Shown: positions 28,852-38,565, counted from the stretch's first letter. The stretch: DNA of 64,000 nt from Candidatus Nomurabacteria bacterium (GCA_026395965.1 JAPLXS010000004.1:686-64685); one strand, 5' to 3'. Notes: generated by a model not told the origin, from the letters alone. A program made the numbers and translations.

Positions 28852-31761
28852 TTAGAATTTTTTGATGATTATATCAATAAGTCGATTCAAATATTTATGA
28901 AAATCAGATATCTGAATTTTATTCTTATAATCTTTAAGTATTAATTCTTGGAGGGTACGCTTTGCTTCTTTTATAAATTCTTCTCGCTTAGATGAATCTT
29001 GCCAACCATCATCAAGAATATTTTCAAGACGAGATGTCATTTCTTTTATGAATTCTTTTTCAGTGCTCTCATCTGACCCAGAAAGAAATTCTTCCGAAAT
29101 AACATATAGTCCATATTCGTGGAGTGTGTATCCAAGTTCCTTTGCTTCTTCGGTCTTTGTTTTAATATCATTTAAGAGTTCATAATATCTTTTTATTCGC
29201 TCAGCAAGATCTATTTGGTGCTTCTCAAACTCTACCCTGATAGCTGTTAATCGTTCTCCAAAGCCCTTAAAAGCAGGGTGTGTGTCGATATTGATAGATA
29301 TTTCACGCTTAAGCATCTTTTCAAGATTTAAAGCTTTTTCTTCTTCAGGAAGTTTATCGAGTTTATTAAGAGTTGCAAGATCATGCACATTCAATTCTCT
29401 AAAGTTTTTAGTAATACCCTCATAGTCAATTTTATCTTGAATCAAGCTCTTAATTTTTACTCCGTAGTCAGCAAGAGAAAAAGCGTCTATTCCCTCGGCT
29501 TGAAATTCTTTACTAAATGCTAAATAAAAACTTGTAACCCATTCAAACTTTCTTAGGTAATCCATCAAGAATGGATCTGGTGAAAGTATTTCAAAAAGCA
29601 TTTTCAAGCGACCATATTTATCTTTAAAAAATTGTTGTTTACTTTCATTGTCAATGAATATTTTTAAACATCGACGTAGATTATCAATTGACGGATCCTC
29701 TATGTTTACACCCTCAAATAAACTCATAACTTCATCAAGCACATTAATAAAATCATCTTTAAGTCGATCGATATTTATCATTGCACTATCGACAATACTT
29801 TCGTCAAAATTCAGTGCATCATATAAATTTTTAGTCACACCATAATAGTCAATAATCTTTCCACACCCTTTGTTTGGGTAAACACGATTTGTGCGAGCGA
29901 TCGCCTGTAGAAGATTATGGTCACGAAGTGGTTTATCAAGATACATAACTTGCTCAACTGGTGCATCAAATCCAGTCAAAAGCATGTCACAAACAAGTAG
30001 AAATTTAAGTGGATTAGCTGAATCTTTAAACTGTTCAATTACTTTTTCTCGTTTTTGTTTGTTTGTATTATATTTTTTTAGATCATCATTATCACTATTT
30101 GGATCGCCGGGCGAATAGACTACCTCAGACCATTCTGGTGGTATAAGTTTATCAAGTAAATCTTTATATTTTGCTGTAGCTTCACGATCATAACAAACTA
30201 TCTGTGCTTTGAATCCGTTAGGTAAAACATAAAGTTTGTAATGTTCAACTATATCTTGAGATACTGCCTCCATTCTTTTGTCTAGCTTAACTAGAGCTTC
30301 TTTTTTACCATATCTCTTTGTAAGTAATTCTTTTTGAGCAGTATTAAGTTCAGAAGTAAGTTCATTGAACTGTGCATCAACCTTATCTTCGTCAATAAAG
30401 AATTTTGAAAGTCGTGCCTCATAAGTTACAGGCAAGGTCGCACCATCATCAATTGCTTGCTGAATAGAGTAATAATCTAGATATCTCTCACCGTCTTCAC
30501 CAAAATTTCTGTGAGTATTTGTTGTCAGTTTATCAATTGGAGTACCAGTAAATCCAAAAAAGAATGCATCTTTAAAAGCATTACGCATTTTAATAGCAGA
30601 GACACCTTCATTGTCTCGATGAGCTTCATCAGATAAAACGATAACATTACCCTCGATTTTTTCTATTTCCTCTAGCTCAGTAAACTTTTGAATTGTAGAG
30701 ATAAAAATACCTCGATCTGCTCCCTTAATTTTCTTTTCAAGATCTTTACGAGATTCAACACGGATCAAATTTTGACCACCCCATGCTTCAAATTCTTCAA
30801 AAACTTGATCATCAAGGTCAATACGATCAATAAGAATAAAAACTTTAGGATTTTTTAGTTCTAGATTATAACGAAGTTTCCACGCCGTAAAAAACATAGT
30901 AAGTGTTTTACCTGAACCCTGTGTGTGCCAAATAAGACCTTTCTTTACGTCACCATTTTTTACTCGTTCAACTATCTTATTACTTGCATACAATTGTTGA
31001 TAGCGAGCAATCTTTTTAGTAATTCCATCTTTTTTCTTTTCAAATACAATAAAGTTTTTAAGAATATCGAGCAGTTGTTCTTTATTTAAGAGAAAGTGTA
31101 AAGTAGAATCTATTTCTTCATCAAATAACTTTTTATCAGCCTGAGGATCTTCTCTCCAAGTTAGAAAATATTGTTTTGGAGAATACGTTGCTCCATAAAC
31201 TGTTTTAAGTCCATCTGTTGCAATATTAAAGCAGTTTGTGAGAAAGAGTTTTGGAGCAACTTTTTCATATCGCTTGATTTGATCAATAGCATTTTCAAAG
31301 TTTACTGAACTTGAAGCAGTAGGGCTTTTGGCTTCAATATCGCAAATTGGCATACCATTAAGAAAAACCAATACGTCAGGGCGAATGTTTTCAGTGTTAC
31401 CCTCAAAATAGAACTGGTTTGTTACAACGAATTTGTTATTTTCTATAATATCAAAATCTACTATTTTATAATCACGATTTTTACCAGTTTCTGGATCTTT
31501 GATATTTATACCATTTCGCAACGCCAGAAGAACTGCTTCGTTGGTATCAAGTTTTTTGGCTTCACGCATTACACTTATGGCGACTGTTTCATCTATGGAG
31601 TTAATTTTCTGAATTGCTTCAAGTAAGTGAGAACTAATAATGTACTCGTTTTCAAAAGTACGAAGTTTAGAAAATTCATCAGCAGAAATATACTCATAAC
31701 CGAGTTCCTTTATGAATTTTATTATATGATATTCAATTGTGTGTTGTTCGTTAAATTTCAT
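28852..31761 (-). CDS. hsdR: type I restriction enzyme R subunit HsdR
   Basis: N-terminal nuclease-like region, SF2 helicase Walker A HTQGSGKTLT and DEAH-like box, about 970 aa. Confidence 0.9.
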   Translation of the reverse strand: MKFNEQHTIEYHIIKFIKELGYEYISADEFSKLRTFENEYIISSHLLEAIQKINSIDETVAISVMREAKKLDTNEAVLLALRNGINIKDPETGKNRDYKIVDFDIIENNKFVVTNQFYFEGNTENIRPDVLVFLNGMPICDIEAKSPTASSSVNFENAIDQIKRYEKVAPKLFLTNCFNIATDGLKTVYGATYSPKQYFLTWREDPQADKKLFDEEIDSTLHFLLNKEQLLDILKNFIVFEKKKDGITKKIARYQQLYASNKIVERVKNGDVKKGLIWHTQGSGKTLTMFFTAWKLRYNLELKNPKVFILIDRIDLDDQVFEEFEAWGGQNLIRVESRKDLEKKIKGADRGIFISTIQKFTELEEIEKIEGNVIVLSDEAHRDNEGVSAIKMRNAFKDAFFFGFTGTPIDKLTTNTHRNFGEDGERYLDYYSIQQAIDDGATLPVTYEARLSKFFIDEDKVDAQFNELTSELNTAQKELLTKRYGKKEALVKLDKRMEAVSQDIVEHYKLYVLPNGFKAQIVCYDREATAKYKDLLDKLIPPEWSEVVYSPGDPNSDNDDLKKYNTNKQKREKVIEQFKDSANPLKFLLVCDMLLTGFDAPVEQVMYLDKPLRDHNLLQAIARTNRVYPNKGCGKIIDYYGVTKNLYDALNFDESIVDSAMINIDRLKDDFINVLDEVMSLFEGVNIEDPSIDNLRRCLKIFIDNESKQQFFKDKYGRLKMLFEILSPDPFLMDYLRKFEWVTSFYLAFSKEFQAEGIDAFSLADYGVKIKSLIQDKIDYEGITKNFRELNVHDLATLNKLDKLPEEEKALNLEKMLKREISINIDTHPAFKGFGERLTAIRVEFEKHQIDLAERIKRYYELLNDIKTKTEEAKELGYTLHEYGLYVISEEFLSGSDESTEKEFIKEMTSRLENILDDGWQDSSKREEFIKEAKRTLQELILKDYKNKIQISDFHKYLNRLIDIIIKKF

Positions 31762-31763
31762 AA

Positions 31764-33125
31764 TTATTCTGTTACACTCTTTGTTTGTTCCGGAGTTTGC
31801 TGAGTTGTTTGAGATTTTATTACATGGTTTTTAGCTCCAAAATTAAACCAACTTTTTACACCACCATATATTTCTTGAGTTCTGTCTTTATCTTCATATG
31901 GTTCTTTGTAAATTCTTTCTATTGAAGCAAGAGTAAATTGAAGTAATTCGTCTTTTTTATCAGAAAACTTGTCGCTCAAAAGTTTAATATATGCTTGAAG
32001 TGAGGTAGATAATACTGTTTTGAAAGCATACCTCTCTTCGTAATCACGTTCCATATTGTAGTTATGCGAACAAAGATACACAAGATAAATCAAAGGTGAT
32101 GTAAATAAGTAACGATACCAAGCATGAAAGTCTTTAAATCCATCAACTGCTTTATTCTGAAGATAATAAATATACAAGACAGAAGCACCCAATAAAATAA
32201 CACTACCCAATGTTGCATACTTCCAAAATCTGGCATTCTTATAAATTGTATCTCTACGCTTAACAAAAGAATCAGTAAGACTACTAGCAGTTACTAGATC
32301 AAGAGTTTCTCCAATACTTTCCTTAAATTCTAAACTCTTTGCTTTCATTCCCTCAATTTCTTTAACGGAAGATTCAGCACTTTGTTTTAATTCTCCAGAC
32401 TTTTCAGAAAGAGTTTTTATCTCAATAAATCGTTGATCAACACTTGTCTTTGTTTTTATAATTTCACTCTTTAAATCTGTTGCAATATTTAAAGTAGCCT
32501 GAATACCAATCTTCGGATCATCAACTTTTGTTTTAAGTGGGAGAAAATTAGTTGTATAGTAAGTTTCGATTTCTACGACTTTTTCTGTGATAGAAAGAAC
32601 AGTAGCATTTACCTTTTCGAGAGCAGTCTGAGAATCAACTTCAATCTGATTTATACTGTTCTTTAGTGCTGTTGCTTGATCTAACAAGGCTTGAAGTCCT
32701 GTTTGACCATCGTTGAGTTTGCTTTTTAAATCTGTAAATGTTCCATAGTAAGTCTCCAACTCTTGGATTTTGATATTTATGGCATTTGCTTTCTCTGTGA
32801 TTTGATTAAGTTCAGTTTGAGCATTTGTGTTTACTTGATCTATTTTATTTTTGAGATTTGTAGATTGATTAAATAATGCTTCCATTCCAGTACTACCGTC
32901 AGAAAGCTTCGTACGAATTTCAATAAAATTTGTGTGGTATAACTCAATCTCTTCAGATTTAGTAATAACACCAGCACTAAGAGCTTCAATTTTTTCTTTT
33001 TCTTTCTTTACATCTGCAATAAAACCCTCAAGCTCTTTTTTGAGAGCTTCTACATCAATTGTTGTTTGGTTTTTTATTTCTTCAGTTTCCATATAATTAA
33101 TTCTTAATTGTTCTAACTTTTCCAC
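31764..33125 (-). CDS. coiled-coil protein with three roughly 64-aa tandem repeats and a C-terminal 2-TM region; function unknown, embedded between hsdS and hsdR
   Basis: Repeats of the type KLSDGSTGMEALFNQSTNLKNKIDQ / KLNDGQTGLQALLDQATALKNSINQ / KVDDPKIGIQATLNIATDLKSEI; TM helices YATLGSVILLGASVLYIYYL and LFTSPLIYLVYLC; no NTPase motif. Confidence 0.6.
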   Translation of the reverse strand: MEKLEQLRINYMETEEIKNQTTIDVEALKKELEGFIADVKKEKEKIEALSAGVITKSEEIELYHTNFIEIRTKLSDGSTGMEALFNQSTNLKNKIDQVNTNAQTELNQITEKANAINIKIQELETYYGTFTDLKSKLNDGQTGLQALLDQATALKNSINQIEVDSQTALEKVNATVLSITEKVVEIETYYTTNFLPLKTKVDDPKIGIQATLNIATDLKSEIIKTKTSVDQRFIEIKTLSEKSGELKQSAESSVKEIEGMKAKSLEFKESIGETLDLVTASSLTDSFVKRRDTIYKNARFWKYATLGSVILLGASVLYIYYLQNKAVDGFKDFHAWYRYLFTSPLIYLVYLCSHNYNMERDYEERYAFKTVLSTSLQAYIKLLSDKFSDKKDELLQFTLASIERIYKEPYEDKDRTQEIYGGVKSWFNFGAKNHVIKSQTTQQTPEQTKSVTE

Positions 33126-34209
33126 TCAATAGATCCGACATTAATCCTTTTTTGAGTTTTATAAACTTATTTTTTAATTTCTTACTTATTAATATTTTTT
33201 TGTCTACCAAAGATAAAATCTCTGCTATTTTTACTTGTTCAACATATCTTGGCACGGCGACTAACTCTTTATGAACAATATTTCGATTAAGCGTTGGAAC
33301 CCCTGTGCCCGTTCCAAATCTTTTTAGATCAAAATTTTGAATTTTATAGTATACAAATTTTTCGTTATTTTTATGAAAATCCTTAACATAAAGTGTTGTA
33401 TTGTGAGGCCAAAAATCATTTTCTATATAAAAAACATTACCGAGTGTGCCACTTCTGCCTGTAACTACACCAGGAGATTTAATTTTTGTCTCGTTATGAT
33501 AATCAGTAATACCATTTGAAGTTACTAACGGATATAAACCGATTGTTCGATCTGGTACTGGTAAATCAAATCCTCTTTGCAAAGTCGCAAATTCTTCAAA
33601 GGTTTTTATTTCCCATTCTTCTGGGACATATCCAATTTTTGTTTTTTTAAATTTTTTATGATCTACACCCTTTGTAAAAAGGACAAACATTAGAGCTTTC
33701 TTTAGTTTTTCTGTTTGTAAAATAATTGAATCAATCTTTTGAATTTCAATATCTACACTAGATAAAATATTGGCAATATTTTTTTGCTCAGTTAATAATG
33801 GGATTATTATGCTCTGTTCTTGGTACTGAGAAATGTAATGTCTCTTATGATTTTCTACTTGAAAATTAGATGACTTGATCATTTCGTATATAAATTTCAA
33901 ATCAGTAGCATCGTCTATAGTTTTTAGAATTTTAATTGCAGATGATTTAATTTTAAAGTTAAAATCTACATACTTACTATCAGTGGTAAAATCATCAAAA
34001 ATAATTGCAGGAGTTTTTGTATAAATACCAAAATCTTCATCGGTATATCCAAGAATAAATGATTTATTTGCTGTTAAGACAGGTGTTTTTCCAGTAGGGG
34101 TATAAGCAGTACTTTCGACAATATAATTTCCTGGTTGCTCAAACGACAAAACTTCTTTAATTTTTTTTATCTCCCAACCTTTTGGAATTTTTGTGGTTAA
34201 TGTTTTCAT
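33097..34209 (-). CDS. hsdS: type I restriction-modification specificity subunit HsdS
   Basis: Two target-recognition domains each introduced by PxGWEx(K/V)...(E/F) (IPKGWEIKKIKEV and VPEEWEIKTFEEF) with conserved central and C-terminal helices; start chosen at MKTLTT (ATGA overlap with the upstream gene); the ORF track has an alternative start at 34272. Confidence 0.8.
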   Translation of the reverse strand: MKTLTTKIPKGWEIKKIKEVLSFEQPGNYIVESTAYTPTGKTPVLTANKSFILGYTDEDFGIYTKTPAIIFDDFTTDSKYVDFNFKIKSSAIKILKTIDDATDLKFIYEMIKSSNFQVENHKRHYISQYQEQSIIIPLLTEQKNIANILSSVDIEIQKIDSIILQTEKLKKALMFVLFTKGVDHKKFKKTKIGYVPEEWEIKTFEEFATLQRGFDLPVPDRTIGLYPLVTSNGITDYHNETKIKSPGVVTGRSGTLGNVFYIENDFWPHNTTLYVKDFHKNNEKFVYYKIQNFDLKRFGTGTGVPTLNRNIVHKELVAVPRYVEQVKIAEILSLVDKKILISKKLKNKFIKLKKGLMSDLLSGKVRTIKN

Positions 34210-35120
34210 ATGTTTCTTGATTGAACAGCTTTTATTAAATCTGAAATTGCTGAATTCAAAACTTGCAGACATATCTTTGCAGTATGTTCATCTGGGGCAA
34301 ACCCAGAAACAGCTTGTTCAAAAGGATGAACATAGTTACGAAAATCTCGCAATGCGTGGCTAAATTTTTTTACATCAAGACCCAGAAACCCTGTTTCGTT
34401 AGCAGTATTGATAAAGTTTTCAAGTGTCCAATCCTGAAAGGCTTTAATTTTCCCAATTTTATCTTTAGGACTTGAATTTGCTTGATTAAATTCCTTGGGA
34501 TATTTACTTGCGATACCAAGTAATAATCCTTCAAGTGTGCTACCTGCCATAAAAATAGAAGCAAGCGGAGCTTTATGGGCTATACATTGGCGTGATTCTT
34601 TAATTCTTTCTTTGAGAACTAACTCGATAACACTATCAAGTCCTAATTTTGCAATATCATTACTTTCAAAATCCTTTTTAAGAAATTCTTCTTCAGTGGG
34701 TAGCGTATTGTTTACATTATCTATAATTGGTTTTTTAGATTCTTTTACGAAAACTATAAATGGGTCTTTACCGCTAAACTCAATCTTCATATTTTCCATA
34801 AATAAAATATTATTCATGGACTTTGTAGCCATTTCAAGTTTTGTCATATCTGCTTTATATTCTCTAATATCAACAAGTCGAAGTACAACCTTTTCAAGAT
34901 CATCCAAGTTTCGGTCATTCATTTGCTTGAGCATTTCAAGCACCCACCATTTTCTAGTGGAACCATCATGAGAAGCGTTAATACCAACATTGTTAAAAAA
35001 TCTTGTTAAATAAGACGAAGATCGATATTGTGGATATTTTGTGGTTTCATCTCCACAAATAAAATCAGCCAAGGAATCTAGGGTTGCGTTATCAAATTTT
35101 TGTTTAATAAATCTTGCCAT
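34206..35120 (-). CDS. hypothetical protein embedded between hsdM and hsdS; possible HEPN-like R-x6-H motif
   Basis: C-terminal ALRDFRNYVHPFEQ; location typical of Abi/HEPN/anticodon-nuclease-type riders in type I R-M operons. Confidence 0.5.
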   Translation of the reverse strand: MARFIKQKFDNATLDSLADFICGDETTKYPQYRSSSYLTRFFNNVGINASHDGSTRKWWVLEMLKQMNDRNLDDLEKVVLRLVDIREYKADMTKLEMATKSMNNILFMENMKIEFSGKDPFIVFVKESKKPIIDNVNNTLPTEEEFLKKDFESNDIAKLGLDSVIELVLKERIKESRQCIAHKAPLASIFMAGSTLEGLLLGIASKYPKEFNQANSSPKDKIGKIKAFQDWTLENFINTANETGFLGLDVKKFSHALRDFRNYVHPFEQAVSGFAPDEHTAKICLQVLNSAISDLIKAVQSRNI

Positions 35121-35122
35121 AG

Positions 35123-36865
35123 TTAATACCCAAGTTTATCCAAAAAATTTTCGACATTGCCATCGACTTCGGTAAATTCTCTTTTAAGAAGTTTTATTTC
35201 TGCTCGTACTTTTTTGACATCAATAACTTCTTCTATCTCTGTAGAGTCGATATACTGTTTAATGTTTAAAGTGTACTTATTTTCTGCAATCTCAGAAAGA
35301 TCTACCACTCGTGCATATTTTTCGATCATCATATATCCATCATATGCTTTAATAATTTTTGCTATATCTTGAGGACGAAGACTATTCTGGTTTTTACCTT
35401 CAAGAAAATCTTTATCAGCATCTATAATTAAAATCTTTTCTTTTTTTTCTTTAGGTTTGTTTTTATTAAAAATTAAAATTACTGCAGGTATGCCCGTTCC
35501 ATAAAAAAGTTTTGATGGTAATGATACAATAGCTTCTATTAAGTCATTCTTAATAATCTGTTCACGAATACGTCCCTCGGCACCACCACGGAATAGAACG
35601 CCGTGAGGAAGCACAATACCTGCACGACCATTTTGATTCATTGATTTAATTATATGTAACATAAAAGCATAATCAGCGTTTTTATCAGGCGGAGCATCAT
35701 AACCATCTAGGCGACCAAACTTTGTTTTAAATGCTTCATATTCCCAATCTTTTATTGAATAGGGTGGATTTGCTACTACAATATCAAAGGTTTGAAGCCC
35801 ACCTTGTTGATTAAGAAATTGCGGATTAGCAAGAGTATCACCTCGACGAATATCTGCACTATCAAGCCCATGAAGAAACATATTAATTCGAGCAATTGCA
35901 AAAGTTGCTAGTTCTTGTTCTTGTCCATAAAGATAAAGTGTCTTTGCAATTTTTTCACCAGATTTCTGTTTTAAATAATCATATGATTCTAAAAGGAAAC
36001 CGCCTGATCCAACAGTTGGATCATAAATATGATCTTTCTGGTGTGGTTTAAGAATACCAAGAATCACTCGTTCAACTTCACGAGGAGTATAGAAACTTCC
36101 ACCTTTTTTACCAGCATCGGCAGCGAATTGTTTAATTAAATATTCATATGCATCACCAAGTAAATCAGAACTTATGTATGTATTACCAAAATTATATTGC
36201 GAAAAATGGTTAATAAGTCTTTGAAGTGTTTCATTTGGAAATCTATCTTTATTTGCAAAATCTAAATCATCAAAAATTTTATCAAGCTTGGGACTATTAG
36301 CATTTACTAATTTATCAAAAATATTATTTAACTTTTGCCCAATGCTTTCTGCTTGTTCGGTAACTTTATCCCATCTACAATCTTTGGGTACTTGAAAGCG
36401 ATGATTATAATCTGCACATGCGATAGACTTGTCGTTATATTCTTTCATCACAGTGTTGTATTCTTCATCCCACACATCACTCATTCGTTTATAAAAAAGA
36501 AGACCGAAGATATATTTCTTATAATCAGAACTGTCAATTTTACCTCGAAGAATATCTGCACTTTTCCAAAGAAATGATTCAAGTTGAGGAAGTGTGAGTT
36601 TACTACCCATTTTATCTACAATGGCTTCTATGTCTTGAGGTCGATATTTTCGATCCTTACGAGGACCTACACGAAGAGGAACGAGGGTGCCGTCTTTCTC
36701 CCAGTTTCGTAAAGTATCTTGATGAATAGAGAAAATCTCTGCTACCTGACTGATAGATAGTAATTCTGGCATGCCTTTAAGTTTTGATTGTATATCTTTT
36801 CGCATAATTGACAGTAGTAGTCTATCAGATTCCAAATATAAAGTCAAGTGTTCATAGGTTTTCAT
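35123..36865 (-). CDS. hsdM: type I R-M N6-adenine DNA methyltransferase HsdM with an N-terminal MerR/Xis-like HTH extension
   Basis: NPPY motif (VVANPPYSIKDW), HsdM_N helix LESFLWKSADILRG; N-terminal ISQVAEIFSIHQDTLRNWEKDG HTH. Confidence 0.9.
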   Translation of the reverse strand: MKTYEHLTLYLESDRLLLSIMRKDIQSKLKGMPELLSISQVAEIFSIHQDTLRNWEKDGTLVPLRVGPRKDRKYRPQDIEAIVDKMGSKLTLPQLESFLWKSADILRGKIDSSDYKKYIFGLLFYKRMSDVWDEEYNTVMKEYNDKSIACADYNHRFQVPKDCRWDKVTEQAESIGQKLNNIFDKLVNANSPKLDKIFDDLDFANKDRFPNETLQRLINHFSQYNFGNTYISSDLLGDAYEYLIKQFAADAGKKGGSFYTPREVERVILGILKPHQKDHIYDPTVGSGGFLLESYDYLKQKSGEKIAKTLYLYGQEQELATFAIARINMFLHGLDSADIRRGDTLANPQFLNQQGGLQTFDIVVANPPYSIKDWEYEAFKTKFGRLDGYDAPPDKNADYAFMLHIIKSMNQNGRAGIVLPHGVLFRGGAEGRIREQIIKNDLIEAIVSLPSKLFYGTGIPAVILIFNKNKPKEKKEKILIIDADKDFLEGKNQNSLRPQDIAKIIKAYDGYMMIEKYARVVDLSEIAENKYTLNIKQYIDSTEIEEVIDVKKVRAEIKLLKREFTEVDGNVENFLDKLGY

Positions 36866-36900
36866 AGGTTAATTTATATAAAATTGTTATAAAATAAGGA

Positions 36901-38223
36901 TTATTCTATACTAATCTTTTTATTTGAGAATATAATTTTACTCTTTAAACACCCCAATAACTCTCTTTTCTCGACATCTTGCCCCTCTCTTAAAATGTAC
37001 TTAGCATAATTCCGTATATCAATATCCTTAATTACTATTTTTTCTTTAATCCCAAGAACAGACATTTGAAATTTCTTTATCCTTTCCACCTCTGCCTTAA
37101 TTTTTTCTTTTATCCCTATCTCGTCAATATCTATTTTTTCTATTAGTTCCTCAAATTGTTTAAGCAAATCAATTTCATTAATATAGCCACATTTACAATC
37201 TCTGTCTTTTGACTTATTACAACCATAATAAACATGGCGGTGAACATTTCCATTCTTTTGTTTTTTAAATTTCTCATCTGGTGTCACACCCGATCCGCAT
37301 AACCCACAAGTCATTAATTTAGTAAAAGCGAACTCTTTACCCTCAGTTCGGATAACCTGACTTTTCATTTGTAACTGTACCTCATTAAATAATTCTTTAG
37401 TTATTATTGATTCATGTTTTCCTGTATACCAGTTTCCACTATTTTTAGGATATTCAAATACTCCGTAATAGAAATGATTTTGAAGAATTGTATAAATATT
37501 ACCTAAACTTAAATTTTTGTTTCCGCCAGCTGTTTTTAAATTCAAATCAAATTTTAACCAATGATATATTTTTCTCCCACTCCATTTTTCATAAGCAACT
37601 TTCTCAAACATTTTTTTAATAATTGGTGCTCGGTTTGGATCTAGAATAACTTGGCATTTTCTATCTATACGTTTTTCACTTAAATATCCAGTTGGAGGAG
37701 GTCCAGGCCATAATCCCATTTCAACTCTAGTCCTTAGTCCACGTTTTACATTTATACTTTTATTGTCATTCTCAAGTTTTGCCTGAGAACATAAAATCAT
37801 TAAAAGAAATTTTTCATTAGGAGAATTCTGAAACGATTGTCCGTAAGTTCGTATTTGTAAAAGTAATTTTTGATCCATTAAATCTACGAGTGATCCAAGG
37901 TCTCCTGCATTTCTACTTAATCTATCTGGTGCCCATGTGAGTATTCCATTAAACCGTCCACGCCGTATATCTTCCAGTATTTCCTTATATACAGGTCTTT
38001 CTCCAGACTCTTTAGCTGAATGAGATTCTCTTCTAATTTCTACAATTTCAAGTCCCTCCTTATCTGCCAACTGAAGCATTTCTTTTACTTGAGATTCGAT
38101 ACTTAAAATTTGTTTTTCTTCCGACTCTGTTGACTTACGAGCGTATAATACATATCTAATTTTTACTGTTGGAATAACAGCCATGGTGCCTATTAATCCA
38201 ACATTATTTATTTGTGTTTCCAT
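36901..38223 (-). CDS. large serine recombinase (resolvase/invertase catalytic domain, recombinase domain and Zn ribbon)
   Basis: YARKSTESEEKQILSIESQ catalytic Ser region, RLSRN motif, C-terminal CGLCGS...CKCG zinc ribbon. Confidence 0.85.
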   Translation of the reverse strand: METQINNVGLIGTMAVIPTVKIRYVLYARKSTESEEKQILSIESQVKEMLQLADKEGLEIVEIRRESHSAKESGERPVYKEILEDIRRGRFNGILTWAPDRLSRNAGDLGSLVDLMDQKLLLQIRTYGQSFQNSPNEKFLLMILCSQAKLENDNKSINVKRGLRTRVEMGLWPGPPPTGYLSEKRIDRKCQVILDPNRAPIIKKMFEKVAYEKWSGRKIYHWLKFDLNLKTAGGNKNLSLGNIYTILQNHFYYGVFEYPKNSGNWYTGKHESIITKELFNEVQLQMKSQVIRTEGKEFAFTKLMTCGLCGSGVTPDEKFKKQKNGNVHRHVYYGCNKSKDRDCKCGYINEIDLLKQFEELIEKIDIDEIGIKEKIKAEVERIKKFQMSVLGIKEKIVIKDIDIRNYAKYILREGQDVEKRELLGCLKSKIIFSNKKISIE

Positions 38224-38565
38224 ACCTAATGATGTCAGAGAAAAGGTCTTCTGCTAAGCTATCGCTTGTTGGCAACTTGTTGGTAACTTCCTCTGATATT
38301 TTAAGCTATTGCGATAGAATGGGCTTTGAATAATATGGTCGAAGTGATATTATTTAATTACAACTAAATATATAAAGTAAGTAGCCTAAACCTTTGGTAA
38401 CAAAGGCATGGTGAATAAGAGCGGATAAAGCATAAAGAACTCCTAGTCAGAGCTCGGCTTTATCCGCCCATACTTGGAAACGAGTATGTGTAGCTGAAAA
38501 GCTACAAGCTGGCTGGGAGCTTTTTGCGTCTTAGCCAGATTTATAACAAAACGCAAAAAATAACT
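38224..38565. promoter_or_regulatory. unusually long hairpin-rich non-coding region adjacent to the serine recombinase (candidate att/junction or structured leader)
   Basis: 300 bp non-coding in a compact genome; stems gcggataaagc/gctttatccgc, catact/agtatg, ctggct/agccag, cctttg/caaagg; 11-bp direct repeat cttgttggYaa. Confidence 0.3.
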
